Below, in pieces: positions 15,703 to 25,892 of a stretch of DNA of 42,416 nt. Origin of the DNA: Candidatus Moraniibacteriota bacterium. GTDB taxonomy: Bacteria > Patescibacteriota > Minisyncoccia > Moranbacterales > UBA1568. Under the pieces are notes generated by a model. That model made no database searches and was not told the origin of the DNA. It worked only from the letters and a program-made list of their open reading frames with translations. Made by a program: the position numbers and the translations under genes. Positions within the stretch are counted from its first letter, which is position 1; every line of letters starts with the position of its first letter. Location of the stretch: contig JAUSGT010000002.1 of NCBI GenBank assembly GCA_030648835.1, positions 155,665 through 198,080 on the forward strand, written 5' to 3'.

Positions 15703-15990
15703 ATGAAAGAAGGAAAATATTTTTTTGAATTAAAAATAACCAAAGAGCAATCAGCACTTGTTTTGAAATGCAGTGAAGAAATTCTTGGAAAGAAAGAATG
15801 GCAAGAGGGGAGAGATATGGGGCGGAGATTGTTCGAGGGGATAGCAGAGTTGCTCAAAGAAAGTAATCTGAAGCCGATTGATGTGAGCGATTTCGTGGTA
15901 GAAACGGACATGCCGGAAGGGTATACATCGATGCGGATTGCAGAAACGGTGAAAAAGGTGTATGCTTTTGGTGTAGCTTTTCCACGTTAA
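15703..15990 (+). CDS. hypothetical 95-aa protein, possibly a degenerate TsaB/YeaZ N-terminal-domain-like protein
   Basis: ATG 15703 lies 2 nt after the amidase stop. The pattern ..EWQEGRDMGRRLFEGIAELLKESNLKPIDVSDFVVETDMPEGYTSMRIAETVKKVYAFGV parallels TsaB (..GR.hSE.LLP.I.eLL.eagl...DldaiaV..GPGSFTGLRIG...AkgLA.al), but the GPGSFTG motif is not conserved. Confidence 0.55.
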   Translation: MKEGKYFFELKITKEQSALVLKCSEEILGKKEWQEGRDMGRRLFEGIAELLKESNLKPIDVSDFVVETDMPEGYTSMRIAETVKKVYAFGVAFPR

Positions 15991-16101
15991 TTTATTGAGA
16001 CGAAAAACGTGAGGAAGGTGAAGAATGCGTTCTTTATGGTTTTGTCTTAAATAAAAAAACTTTATACAAAAGGCTCTGTAAGCCCGTTTTTTGGTTTTTA
16101 C

Positions 16102-16130
16102 TTGACATCGAAAAAGAAGCTTGCTAGAGT
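16102..16130 (+). promoter_or_regulatory. sigma70-like promoter TTGACA-17-TAGAGT upstream of rpoB
   Basis: TTGACA 16102-16107 and TAGAGT 16125-16130. Predicts a ~230-nt rpoB leader. Confidence 0.6.
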
Positions 16131-16368
16131 TAGTTTTATTGTTTCGAAAAGTGTAATGACTTTTCTGTCTCGAATCGCCTGTGGGTGCCAGGTCTGGAGG
16201 GCGAGACGCGTAAGAAATAGTTGCTTAACTGAAGGCAGCTAACAATTCAAGCGCAATGGTGCGGACGGCCCTGTCCACAATTCAATAGTTTTATCCCATA
16301 ATCTCATTTGTCCTACTTGTTTCAATGTCTTCCCTTGAAGCAAGGAGTGTCCACATGAGTGTCTTTTT

Positions 16369-19300
16369 ATGTCCACTCGAGACAAAGCATTGAGAGTGAA
16401 AGATTCTTTTGGAAAGGAGTCTTCTCTCTCCAAGCGGCGGTTTTTCAATAATCGTATTACGGTTTCCCTCCCCAACCTGATTGAGGTGCAGACAGACTCC
16501 TATCAGTGGTTTTGGGACAAGGGGTTGAAAGAGCTTTTTTCCGAGATTAATCCGATCGTGGACTTTACCACCAAGGATCTTGAACTGACGGTCAAAGACT
16601 ACTACCTCGATGAGCCGAAGTACAGCGCTCTCGTCGCCAAGAACAAAAATATTTCCTACGAGGCGCCGCTCCGGGCCAAGGCCTCGCTTCTCATGAAACA
16701 AACCGGCGAAGTCAAGGAGCAGGAAATCTACTTGGGAGATTTCCCGATCATGACGGAGCGCGGAACTTTTATTATCAATGGCGTGGAGCGTGTGGTGGTT
16801 TCCCAGCTGATCCGCTCCCCGGGCGTATTTTTTACGATGGACTACCAGAAGGGGAAGAAACTTTTCGGCGCCAAAATCATTCCGAACCGCGGAGCCTGGC
16901 TGGAAATCGAGACGGATTTGGACGGAGTGATTTCCGTGAAGATCGATCGCAAGCGCAAGCTTCCGATTACCGGGCTGTTCAAAGCATTCGGTTTCGATGA
17001 AAAGCGTATCAAGGAGGCTTTTGTCGATACCGACAATGGCGAGAATAAATATATCGAGACGACACTCCTCAAGGACCCGTCTCACAATCAGGGGGAGGCT
17101 TACCGTGAAGTCTACAAGCGTCTCAGACCGGGTGATTTGGCGACCGAAGAGAATGCCAAGCAGATGATCAACGCGATGTTTTTCAACTTCGAACGTTATG
17201 ACTTCGGTTCCGTCGGGCGTTACCGTTTGAATCAGCGTTTGAGTGTCGATCGCCCCGATACGGAAGAAAATCGTATTTTGAATACCGAGGATCTCATTTT
17301 GATCGTGCAGGAAGTGATTCGTCTCAACAATGATCCGGAAGGCCGAGCCGACGATATCGACCATCTTGGCAACCGTCGTGTGCGAGCGGTCGGAGAATTG
17401 ATTCAGAACAAGCTGCGTGTTGGGATGTACCGGATGGTGCGCAATATCAAAGACCGCATGAGTACCTGCGACCGGGAGACAGTCGTTCCGGGGCAGCTCA
17501 TCAATCCGCGACCCGTGGCCGCTGCCGTCAAAGAATTTTTTTCCAGTTCGCAGTTGTCGCAGTTCATGGACCAGGTGAATCCATTGGCCGAACTTGAACA
17601 TAAGCGCCGTTTGTCCGCGATGGGTCCCGGCGGTTTGACGCGTGAGCGCGCCGGTTTCGAAGTGCGCGATGTCCATCACTCTCACTATGGCCGCATCTGT
17701 CCGATTGAAACGCCGGAAGGTCCGAACATCGGTCTCGTCGGTCACTTGGCCAGCTATGCTCGGGTCAACGAATATGGTTTTCTCGAAACGCCGTATCTTT
17801 TTGTGAAGAAAGAAGTTTCCGCCAAAAAAGAAGATCTGGCGAATCGTATCTTACGGGAAGATGTCGCCGGTGTCGCGAAGCAAGGCGAACTTTTGACGGA
17901 AGAGATGGCCAAGAAAGTGGCCGACAAAATGAAAGGAAAAACGGTAAAAGTAAAACCGTTTGTTACTTTGGATATCGAATATTTGAATGCTATCGTCGAA
18001 GATCGGCAAATCATCGCTCATGCCGGCGTGAAGATCGATGAGCATCGCAACATTGTTCATCAGATGGTGGAAGCTCGCGTGAAAGGCCATCCGGAAACGA
18101 TTGAGGCCGAGGTGGTGGATTATATGGATGTGTCCGTGAAACAGTGTATTTCCATCGCGACAGCGCTTATTCCGTTTCTCGAACACGATGATGCCAACCG
18201 GGCTCTCATGGGTTCGAACATGCAGCGTCAGGCGGTATCCTGCGTCGTCCCGGAGGCGCCGATTGTGGGTACCGGTATCGAGGACAAAGCCGCCCGTGAT
18301 TCCGGGCAGGTGGTGCTTTCCGGAGTGGATGGTGAAGTAATCGCCGTGGATGCCAACCATATCGTGTTGCGTTCCAAAGCCCCGGCTGGTTCGAAGAAAG
18401 AGTACGTTGATACGGAGTACAACCTCCAAAGTTTTGAAAAGTCCAACGCGTTCACAAGCATGAACCAAATTCCACGCGTGCACAAAGGTCAAATGGTGGA
18501 GAAGAGAGAAATGCTTGCTGATGGCGCATCGACGGATCACGGAGAATTGGCACTCGGACAGAATATGGTGGTGGCCTTCGTGCCATGGGACGGATACAAC
18601 TATGAAGACGCCATCATTGTTTCTGAACGCGTCGTGCAGGGAGATCGCTGGAGTTCTATCCATATCGAAGATTTCTCCATCGATGTCCGTGATACCAAGC
18701 TTGGTCCGGAAGTCGTCACGCGCGATATTCCGAACATCGGTGAAGACCGTTTAAAAAATCTTGATGAGGATGGCATCATCCGCATCGGCGCGGAGATTTC
18801 TTCCGGTGATATTTTGGTGGGGAAGATCACGCCGAAAGGTGAAGGCGATCTCACCGCCGAAGAGCGATTGCTCCGTGTCATTTTCGGCGAAAAATCTCGC
18901 GATGTGAAAGATTCTTCTTTGTATCTCCCACACGGTGAGCATGGCAAAATCGTGGATGTGAAAATTTTCTCCCGTGAGCGCGGTGACAAATTGCCGATGG
19001 GCGTTTTCCAACAAATTCAAGTCTCGGTGGCTCAGATGCGTAAGATCTCCGTCGGTGACAAGTTGGCCGGACGACATGGGAACAAAGGTGTCATCTCTAT
19101 CATTGCCGCTGTCGAAGATATGCCTTATCTCCCGGATGGGACACCGGTAGACATCATATTGAACCCACTCGGTGTCGCCTCGCGTATGAATATCGGTCAG
19201 ATCCTGGAAACCCACTTGGGATGGGCGGCGATGAAGCAGGGCTACAAGGTAGCCAGTCTCGCTTTGGATGGCGTGTCGGAAGACGATATCAAAAAAGAAT

Positions 19301-19782
19301 TGAAAGCGGCCGGTCTTCCTGAGAACGGGAAAATCAGATTGATTGACGGTAAAACCGGTCAGCCGTTCGATAACGAGTCAACGGTGGGAGTCATGTATAT
19401 TATGAAGCTCAATCACTTGATCGAAGACAAGCTGCATATGCGTTCCATCGGACCGTATTCTCTCATTACCCAACAGCCACTGGGCGGCAAAGCGCAATTC
19501 GGTGGGCAACGCTTCGGTGAAATGGAAGTGTGGGCGCTCGAAGGCTACGGCGCCGCTTATACGCTCCAAGAAATGTTGACTATCAAATCCGACGATGTCT
19601 TGGGGCGTTCCAAGGCGTATGAATCGATTATCAAAGGTGAGCCGATCAAGAGCCCGAACCTTCCGGCCTCGTTCCATGTTCTCGTGAACGAGCTGAAAGG
19701 TCTGTGTCTCAATGTCGAATTGAAAGGCGCAAGAACAGAATCCGATGAACTTCCGGAGGAAGTGAAGATGGAAACCGTTTAA
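16369..19782 (+). CDS. rpoB: DNA-directed RNA polymerase subunit beta
   Basis: 1137 aa. LPNLIEVQTDSYQWF, the rifampicin-region QLSQFMDQVNPL..KRRLSA.GPGGL, GRHGNKGV and NLGQ..E motifs throughout. Confidence 0.97.
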   Translation: MSTRDKALRVKDSFGKESSLSKRRFFNNRITVSLPNLIEVQTDSYQWFWDKGLKELFSEINPIVDFTTKDLELTVKDYYLDEPKYSALVAKNKNISYEAPLRAKASLLMKQTGEVKEQEIYLGDFPIMTERGTFIINGVERVVVSQLIRSPGVFFTMDYQKGKKLFGAKIIPNRGAWLEIETDLDGVISVKIDRKRKLPITGLFKAFGFDEKRIKEAFVDTDNGENKYIETTLLKDPSHNQGEAYREVYKRLRPGDLATEENAKQMINAMFFNFERYDFGSVGRYRLNQRLSVDRPDTEENRILNTEDLILIVQEVIRLNNDPEGRADDIDHLGNRRVRAVGELIQNKLRVGMYRMVRNIKDRMSTCDRETVVPGQLINPRPVAAAVKEFFSSSQLSQFMDQVNPLAELEHKRRLSAMGPGGLTRERAGFEVRDVHHSHYGRICPIETPEGPNIGLVGHLASYARVNEYGFLETPYLFVKKEVSAKKEDLANRILREDVAGVAKQGELLTEEMAKKVADKMKGKTVKVKPFVTLDIEYLNAIVEDRQIIAHAGVKIDEHRNIVHQMVEARVKGHPETIEAEVVDYMDVSVKQCISIATALIPFLEHDDANRALMGSNMQRQAVSCVVPEAPIVGTGIEDKAARDSGQVVLSGVDGEVIAVDANHIVLRSKAPAGSKKEYVDTEYNLQSFEKSNAFTSMNQIPRVHKGQMVEKREMLADGASTDHGELALGQNMVVAFVPWDGYNYEDAIIVSERVVQGDRWSSIHIEDFSIDVRDTKLGPEVVTRDIPNIGEDRLKNLDEDGIIRIGAEISSGDILVGKITPKGEGDLTAEERLLRVIFGEKSRDVKDSSLYLPHGEHGKIVDVKIFSRERGDKLPMGVFQQIQVSVAQMRKISVGDKLAGRHGNKGVISIIAAVEDMPYLPDGTPVDIILNPLGVASRMNIGQILETHLGWAAMKQGYKVASLALDGVSEDDIKKELKAAGLPENGKIRLIDGKTGQPFDNESTVGVMYIMKLNHLIEDKLHMRSIGPYSLITQQPLGGKAQFGGQRFGEMEVWALEGYGAAYTLQEMLTIKSDDVLGRSKAYESIIKGEPIKSPNLPASFHVLVNELKGLCLNVELKGARTESDELPEEVKMETV

Positions 19783-19818
19783 GCCTCACTTTCTTAAATT
19801 ATTTACTTTATCAACAGT

Positions 19819-22800
19819 ATGGAAAATATTACGAAAGTGAGCGATTTCGATTCTGTCCGTCTGACACTTGCCAGTCCGGACCAGATTCTCGAATGGTCTC
19901 ACGGTGAAATCACCAAGCCGGAAACCATCAATTACCGCACCCAGCGCTATGAGCCGGATGGTTTATTTTGCGAGAAAATTTTTGGTCCTTCCAAGGACTG
20001 GGAATGTTACTGTGGCAAGTACAAGCGCATCCGTTACAACGGTATCGTCTGCGATAAGTGCGGTGTCGAAGTGACCCGCTCCATCGTGCGGCGGGAACGC
20101 ATGGGCCATATCAAGCTGGCGACACCGGTGTCTCACATTTGGTTCCTCCGCGGTGTGCCATCCAAGATCGGTCTTGTCTTGGGGATTTCTCCGCAGGATC
20201 TGGAACGTGTTATTTATTTCTCCTCCTATATCATCATGGAGGTGAATGATGAGCTGAAAGCCCAATCGTTGGAACAGTTGGAAAAAGAGTACAAGAGCAA
20301 GCAGAAGGAACTGAAAGCGGGGAGCAAAGAAACAAAGGCTTACGAGAAGTCCATCGAAGAATTGAAAGAGCAGTATCGTTCCACAAAAGATGAAATTCGC
20401 AATCTTCGTCCGTACCAGATTCTTTCCGAAGTGGAATACTTCAACCTCTCCAGTCGTTTTGGACAAATATTTACCGCCGGTATCGGTGCCGAAGCCGTCC
20501 GCAAGATCTTGGAGAAGATTGATGTCAAAAAGCAATTGAAAGTTCTGAAAGCGGAGCTCTCCGACAGCGAGGCAACCGATCAGAAAAAACTTCTGCAGCG
20601 TTTGAAGGTGTACCAGGGTTTTGAGACGGCGAAATTGTCTTTTCAGTGGATGCTCCCGACGTCTATTCCCGTCATTCCGCCGGATCTCCGTCCGATGGTG
20701 GCCCTCGACGGCGGCCGTTTTGCCACGTCTGACCTCAATGATTTGTACCGCCGCATCATCAATCGCAACAATCGTTTGAAGAAACTTTTGGCCATCGGCG
20801 CTCCGGAAGTCATCACCCGCAACGAAAAAAGAATGCTGCAGGAAGCGGTGGACGCGCTTTTTGACAACAGCGCTCGGCGTGGTCAGGCTTCGACCGCGGC
20901 CTCGACCGGTCAAAGGCGCGCTCTGCGTTCATTGGCTGATGCTCTCAAAGGCAAGCAAGGACGCTTCCGCCAAAACCTTTTGGGAAAGCGCGTGGACTAT
21001 TCCGGTCGCAGTGTTATTGTCGTCGGTCCGAAACTGAAACTCCATCAGTGCGGTCTGCCGAAGAAGATGGCGCTCGAACTTTTCAAACCATTTATTATCA
21101 ACAAACTGATCGAGAAAGAACTGGCTCATAACGTCCGTACCGCCGGTCGGATGGTGGACGCCGAAACCGAAGAGGCATACGAAATTCTCGACGAAATCAT
21201 TGAACATCACTACGTGCTTTTGAACCGCGCGCCGACACTGCATCGTCTCTCTATCCAAGCGTTCCAACCGGTTTTGATCGAAGGCAAGGCTATCCGTCTC
21301 CACCCGATGGTGTGTTCCGCGTTCAACGCCGACTTTGATGGCGACCAGATGGCAGTGCACGTGCCACTTACCGATCAGGCTCGTCATGAGAGCGCGACTA
21401 TTATGCTTTCTTCCAAAAATCTTTTGAAGCCGGCATCCGGTGAACCAATCGTCTCGGCGACACTGGATATGGTACTCGGGATGTACTACATCACGCACAT
21501 CAAACCGGGAGGCCGTGGCCAAGGAAAAATATTCGGTTCTCTGGATGAAGCCATATTGGCCTACCAAAACGGCATTGTGGACGTGAATGTGGCCGTGAAA
21601 CTTCTCTGGAATGGTCAATTGATCGAAACCTCTGTCGGTCGCGTTCTCTTGAACGATATCCTTCCGGAAAGTCTGCGTTTCGTGAACGAAGAAATGGTGA
21701 AGAAAGATCTGAAGGGTCTGATGTCTCGTATTCTTGAGACGCTCGGTCAGGATGAGGCGGCCAAGTTTGCCGATCGTTTGAAAGATCTCGCTTTTCGTTC
21801 CGTTTCCCGTTCCGGTATCAGTTGGGGGATGGATGATCTCGTGGTGCCAAAGGAAAAAATAGCCTATATGGCTGCCGCCGAAATTCAAATCAAAGAAGTG
21901 AAAGATCAGTACAATATGGGACTCTTGACGAATGAAGAACGCCGTAATCGCGTTATCGAAGTCTGGAATGAAACCAAAAATAAAATTACCGAAGCGGTGC
22001 GCGCCTCGCTCGATAAGGAGGGGCCGGTATACTCGATGATTTACTCCAAGGCTCGCGGTTCCGAATCCGTCGTTGTACAAATGACCGGTATGAAGGGGCT
22101 CATGTCCGGGCCGACGGGTGAAACCATCGAATTGCCGGTCAAGAGTTCGTTCAAAGAAGGTTTCAACGTGTTGGAATATTTTATTTCGACGCACGGTGCC
22201 CGCAAAGGTATGGCGGATACCGCTCTCCGTACCGCGACTGCCGGTTACCTGACGCGTCGATTGGTTGATGTGGCACAGGATATCATTGTTCGTGAAGAGG
22301 ACTGTGAAGATACGGAAGGTGTCTATCTCTATCGTGAAGACTCCGATGCGATCGGTGCCAGTTACGCGTTGCGCGTAGAAGGCCGTACGACTGCCGAGAC
22401 GCTCAAGGATCCGGACACCAAAGAGGTAATCGTGAAGAAAGGTGTTCTCATTAACAAGGAACAGGCTAAGATAATCGAGACGAAGAATATCACTAAAATA
22501 AAAATTCGCAGTTTGGTGACGTGTAAATCTCGGCGTGGTGTCTGTCGGATGTGTTATGGCATCGATCTTGGGAGGAACGCTCTGGTTGAACTCGGAGCGT
22601 CTGTTGGTGTCGTTGCCGCTCAAGCCATCGGTGAGCCGGGGACGCAGCTTACTATGCGTACGTTCCATGTCGGTGGTGTTGCCGGGTCGGATATTACCCA
22701 AGGTTTGCCACGGGTAGAAGAAATTTTCGAAGCCCGCGTGCCGAAGACGGAAGCCATTCTTTCCGAAGCGGATGGTCAGGTGAAAACGATTATCAAAGAC

Positions 22801-23412
22801 AATGCCAAGGTGCTCAAAATTACCGTTGAAGGTCAGGATAAGAAATTGTATGAATATTCAGCTCCGGCCAACGTGGGACTCCGCGTCAAAGAAGGAGATC
22901 TTGTTTCAGTCGGCGCCATCCTTTCCGAAGGTCATATTGATCTCCGCAAACTCTTCACGGTGATGGGTCAGGAGGCGGTGCATCGTTACATCATTCGCGA
23001 AATCGAAGAAATCTATGCCGCCCAGGGTGAAGGCATCAATGACAAACACATTGAAGTGATCATCCGTCAGATGCTCTCTCGAGTGCGTATTACTGATCCG
23101 GGGGACACGGTTCTTCTTCCGGGAGATATCGTGGAGAAAGACCAGTTCCTGGAAGCCAATGAAGAAACGCTTGGTAAAAAAGGTCGGGAAGCCGTTGGTG
23201 AATCGATGGTCTTGGGAATTACCAAAGTGGCGCTTTCCACCGAATCTTTCCTCTCCGCCGCCTCCTTTATGGAAACTGCGCGCGTGCTTATCAATGCCGC
23301 CGTGCAGGGTAAAGAGGACCGCTTGCGGGGACTCAAAGAAAACGTCATTATTGGGCGTCTCATTCCGGCCGGTACCGGCTATCGCGAACCAGGCCAGCCA
23401 CGAGCTCGGTAA
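19819..23412 (+). CDS. rpoC: DNA-directed RNA polymerase subunit beta'
   Basis: 1197 aa. Zn-binding CYCGKYKRIRYNGIVCDKCGV and the catalytic NADFDGDQMAVH, with conserved blocks to the C-terminus. Confidence 0.97.
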   Translation: MENITKVSDFDSVRLTLASPDQILEWSHGEITKPETINYRTQRYEPDGLFCEKIFGPSKDWECYCGKYKRIRYNGIVCDKCGVEVTRSIVRRERMGHIKLATPVSHIWFLRGVPSKIGLVLGISPQDLERVIYFSSYIIMEVNDELKAQSLEQLEKEYKSKQKELKAGSKETKAYEKSIEELKEQYRSTKDEIRNLRPYQILSEVEYFNLSSRFGQIFTAGIGAEAVRKILEKIDVKKQLKVLKAELSDSEATDQKKLLQRLKVYQGFETAKLSFQWMLPTSIPVIPPDLRPMVALDGGRFATSDLNDLYRRIINRNNRLKKLLAIGAPEVITRNEKRMLQEAVDALFDNSARRGQASTAASTGQRRALRSLADALKGKQGRFRQNLLGKRVDYSGRSVIVVGPKLKLHQCGLPKKMALELFKPFIINKLIEKELAHNVRTAGRMVDAETEEAYEILDEIIEHHYVLLNRAPTLHRLSIQAFQPVLIEGKAIRLHPMVCSAFNADFDGDQMAVHVPLTDQARHESATIMLSSKNLLKPASGEPIVSATLDMVLGMYYITHIKPGGRGQGKIFGSLDEAILAYQNGIVDVNVAVKLLWNGQLIETSVGRVLLNDILPESLRFVNEEMVKKDLKGLMSRILETLGQDEAAKFADRLKDLAFRSVSRSGISWGMDDLVVPKEKIAYMAAAEIQIKEVKDQYNMGLLTNEERRNRVIEVWNETKNKITEAVRASLDKEGPVYSMIYSKARGSESVVVQMTGMKGLMSGPTGETIELPVKSSFKEGFNVLEYFISTHGARKGMADTALRTATAGYLTRRLVDVAQDIIVREEDCEDTEGVYLYREDSDAIGASYALRVEGRTTAETLKDPDTKEVIVKKGVLINKEQAKIIETKNITKIKIRSLVTCKSRRGVCRMCYGIDLGRNALVELGASVGVVAAQAIGEPGTQLTMRTFHVGGVAGSDITQGLPRVEEIFEARVPKTEAILSEADGQVKTIIKDNAKVLKITVEGQDKKLYEYSAPANVGLRVKEGDLVSVGAILSEGHIDLRKLFTVMGQEAVHRYIIREIEEIYAAQGEGINDKHIEVIIRQMLSRVRITDPGDTVLLPGDIVEKDQFLEANEETLGKKGREAVGESMVLGITKVALSTESFLSAASFMETARVLINAAVQGKEDRLRGLKENVIIGRLIPAGTGYREPGQPRAR

Positions 23413-23440
23413 GTCACCTTTGCATGTGCCTTATTTCAGA

Positions 23441-23472
23441 AACACCTCTTGCAAAAGGGGTGTTTTTGTTTT
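23441..23472 (+). terminator. rho-independent terminator after rpoC
   Basis: AACACCTC-TTGCAAAA-GGGGTGTT followed by TTTGTTTT. Confidence 0.8.
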
Positions 23473-23532
23473 GAAGAAAGATTCCCTTTTATGCTATACT
23501 TTGGTCATTGGAACAAAAGTTAATACTGTACT

Positions 23533-25887
23533 ATGGGGCGGAAGAAAAAGGCGGTAGCAGAGGAAGACGATGGATTCAAATTTGAGGATATTTTGCACAG
23601 CGATGCCAAAAGGAGTATTGCGGCGGTTTTTTTATTTGCTTTATCACTTCTTTTCTTGTTGGCCTATTTCAATACGGCCGGAGTGCTAGGAGAATGGCTC
23701 GATACGGCCTTGGGGATGACGTTCGGTTGGGGGAAATGGCTTTTACCACTCCTTTTTATTATTGCGGGCCTGATGTTTCTTAAACGTCGGACTACTACCC
23801 TGGCGGATGCGGTGCGGTTCATTGGTCTCGTTCTTGGGTTTTTCGCGATTTTGGGGTTGTTTCATCTGTATAGCGGTGAGGGTACAAAAGAATTATTGAA
23901 AGTAGCCCGCGCCGGGCAAGGGGGCGGTTTTATCGGATTCGGCTTTGCCTATATCCTGGGTAATTTTACGGGCAAAGCGGCCGGCACGGTTATTCTTATC
24001 GCGCTTTTTATTGTAGGAGTGATTGCCGCGTTCAATGTTTCACTCATCCATTTTTTTGAGCGTCTGCGGGAGAAATGGCGAGGGAAACCACAAGAGGAAG
24101 TGGTGGGAGGAGAAGTGGCGATGAATGATTCGGTCCCGGAAGCCAAGAGTGAAGTTGTTTCTCCCGAAGCTATCACTCCTTCGGTAGAGAACGCCAGTTT
24201 GGAAGCCAATAATATTCGGAGTATCGCTTTTCAGGAAGATGATGAGATTGTGGAAAATAAAACGGAGTCCGGAGGAAGTGAAGATGATACTGTTTTGGTG
24301 CCGGCTTTTATTCGCCCACGCAAGACGAGACGCCACCGTGTTCGCTGGGAATTGCCACCGGTGGATTTGATGGAATCTACCACCGGTCAGGCTGTGGGAG
24401 GCGATACGGAACGCAACAAACACATCATCCAGAGCACGCTCAAATATTTCGGTATCGCTGTCGAGCCGGGAGAAGTGCGGGTGGGGCCGACCGTGACGCA
24501 GTATACTTTTCGTCCGGCGTTTGGAGTGAAGCTTTCGCGCATCACGACGCTTTCGAACGATCTGGCGCTGGCGCTGGCCGCGCAGTCTATCCGTATCGAA
24601 GCGCCTATTCCGGGGCAATCGCTTATCGGTATCGAAGTGCCCAACAAATCCGTGGCGACGGTGCGTCTCAAAGCCATTCTTGAGAGCCGGGAATTCCGGG
24701 ATCGCAAATCCGATTTGACGCTCATATTGGGGCAGGATGTCTCCGGGAAAAATGTGTTGGCCGACTTGCGCAAAATGCCGCACCTTCTCATCGCCGGGCG
24801 GACCGGATCCGGCAAGAGCGTGTGCATCAGTACGCTCATTATTTCTCTTCTGTATCAGAATTCTCCCGAAGACCTGAAACTTATTTTGGTTGATCCCAAA
24901 CGAGTGGAACTGACTATGTATAAGGGGATCCCACATCTGAAAACGGATGTGATTGTGGATATGAAAAAAGTCGTGAACACGTTGCGTTGGGCGGTCGGAG
25001 AAATGGAACATCGGTATAAGGTGTTGGAAGAAGCACACGCGAGGGATATCGTGAATTACCGTGAACGGGCGCTTCTTGGCGAACAAAAAACAGTCGTCAA
25101 TGCGGAAAGCGGAAAAGTCACCAAGGAGTCTTTTGAAAGTCTCCCATATATTGTCATTGTTATTGATGAAATGGCGGATCTCATGTCGATGCACGGCAAA
25201 GAAGTCGAGGTGCTCATCAATCGCCTGGCGGCCAAGTCGCGCGCTATCGGGATCCATCTTTTGCTCGCCACCCAGCGTCCCGAAGTAACGGTGATTACCG
25301 GTCTCATCAAATCCAATATTCCGACCCGCATCGCTTTCCAATTGAAATCGCAGATCGATTCGCGGACGATTTTGGCCGCCGGTGGGGCGGAAAAATTATT
25401 GGGCAATGGAGATATGCTCTACTCGCCATCCGAAGGGACGGAACTCAGGCGTGTCCAGGGAGCATTTGTTTCCGATGACGAGGTGAAACGCGTGACGGCG
25501 TTTCTCCGCAAGCAGAAAGAGGACCTCGGCGAAGATGAGATCGGAGATGATTTCGGAGACGTAGGACAGGGTAGTATTACTGAAGAAATCGACGCGTTGG
25601 ACAGCGGATCCAAAGAAGACGATCTCTATGAAGCGGCCAAAGAACTTATCTTGGCAACCGGCCGGGCTTCCACAACGTCTCTCCAGACTGCGTTCAGCAT
25701 CGGGTATCCACGGGCGGCGCGTCTCATGCATTTGTTTGAGGAAAATGGCGTTGTCGGTATGGTGGACGGCAAGAAAAAAGTGCTTTTGAGTAAAGTGGAG
25801 AACGCGGAGGGAGCGGAAGAAGAAAAAAAGAAATATGGCGATGACGCGGTGTCGGATCAAAGCGAACGCGATAAGTGGCAATTGTAG
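23533..25887 (+). CDS. ftsK: DNA translocase FtsK/SpoIIIE
   Basis: Four or five N-terminal TM segments, a linker, a motor domain with Walker A GRTGSGKS and Walker B VIVIDEMADL, and a C-terminal winged-helix gamma domain (..TTSLLQ..F.IGY.RAARL). Confidence 0.93.
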   Translation: MGRKKKAVAEEDDGFKFEDILHSDAKRSIAAVFLFALSLLFLLAYFNTAGVLGEWLDTALGMTFGWGKWLLPLLFIIAGLMFLKRRTTTLADAVRFIGLVLGFFAILGLFHLYSGEGTKELLKVARAGQGGGFIGFGFAYILGNFTGKAAGTVILIALFIVGVIAAFNVSLIHFFERLREKWRGKPQEEVVGGEVAMNDSVPEAKSEVVSPEAITPSVENASLEANNIRSIAFQEDDEIVENKTESGGSEDDTVLVPAFIRPRKTRRHRVRWELPPVDLMESTTGQAVGGDTERNKHIIQSTLKYFGIAVEPGEVRVGPTVTQYTFRPAFGVKLSRITTLSNDLALALAAQSIRIEAPIPGQSLIGIEVPNKSVATVRLKAILESREFRDRKSDLTLILGQDVSGKNVLADLRKMPHLLIAGRTGSGKSVCISTLIISLLYQNSPEDLKLILVDPKRVELTMYKGIPHLKTDVIVDMKKVVNTLRWAVGEMEHRYKVLEEAHARDIVNYRERALLGEQKTVVNAESGKVTKESFESLPYIVIVIDEMADLMSMHGKEVEVLINRLAAKSRAIGIHLLLATQRPEVTVITGLIKSNIPTRIAFQLKSQIDSRTILAAGGAEKLLGNGDMLYSPSEGTELRRVQGAFVSDDEVKRVTAFLRKQKEDLGEDEIGDDFGDVGQGSITEEIDALDSGSKEDDLYEAAKELILATGRASTTSLQTAFSIGYPRAARLMHLFEENGVVGMVDGKKKVLLSKVENAEGAEEEKKKYGDDAVSDQSERDKWQL

Positions 25888-25892
25888 GTTGA

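Noticed and set aside
16291-17745. 484-aa minus-strand ORF. Similar long antisense ORFs occur at 17851-18663, 19963-20913, 20929-22701, 24040-25341, 32366-33799 and 35451-36209.
   Set aside because: All lie entirely inside strongly conserved plus-strand genes (rpoB, rpoC, ftsK, gyrB, rplY). Their translations are low-complexity, Arg/His/Phe-rich shadow sequence with no recognisable motifs.
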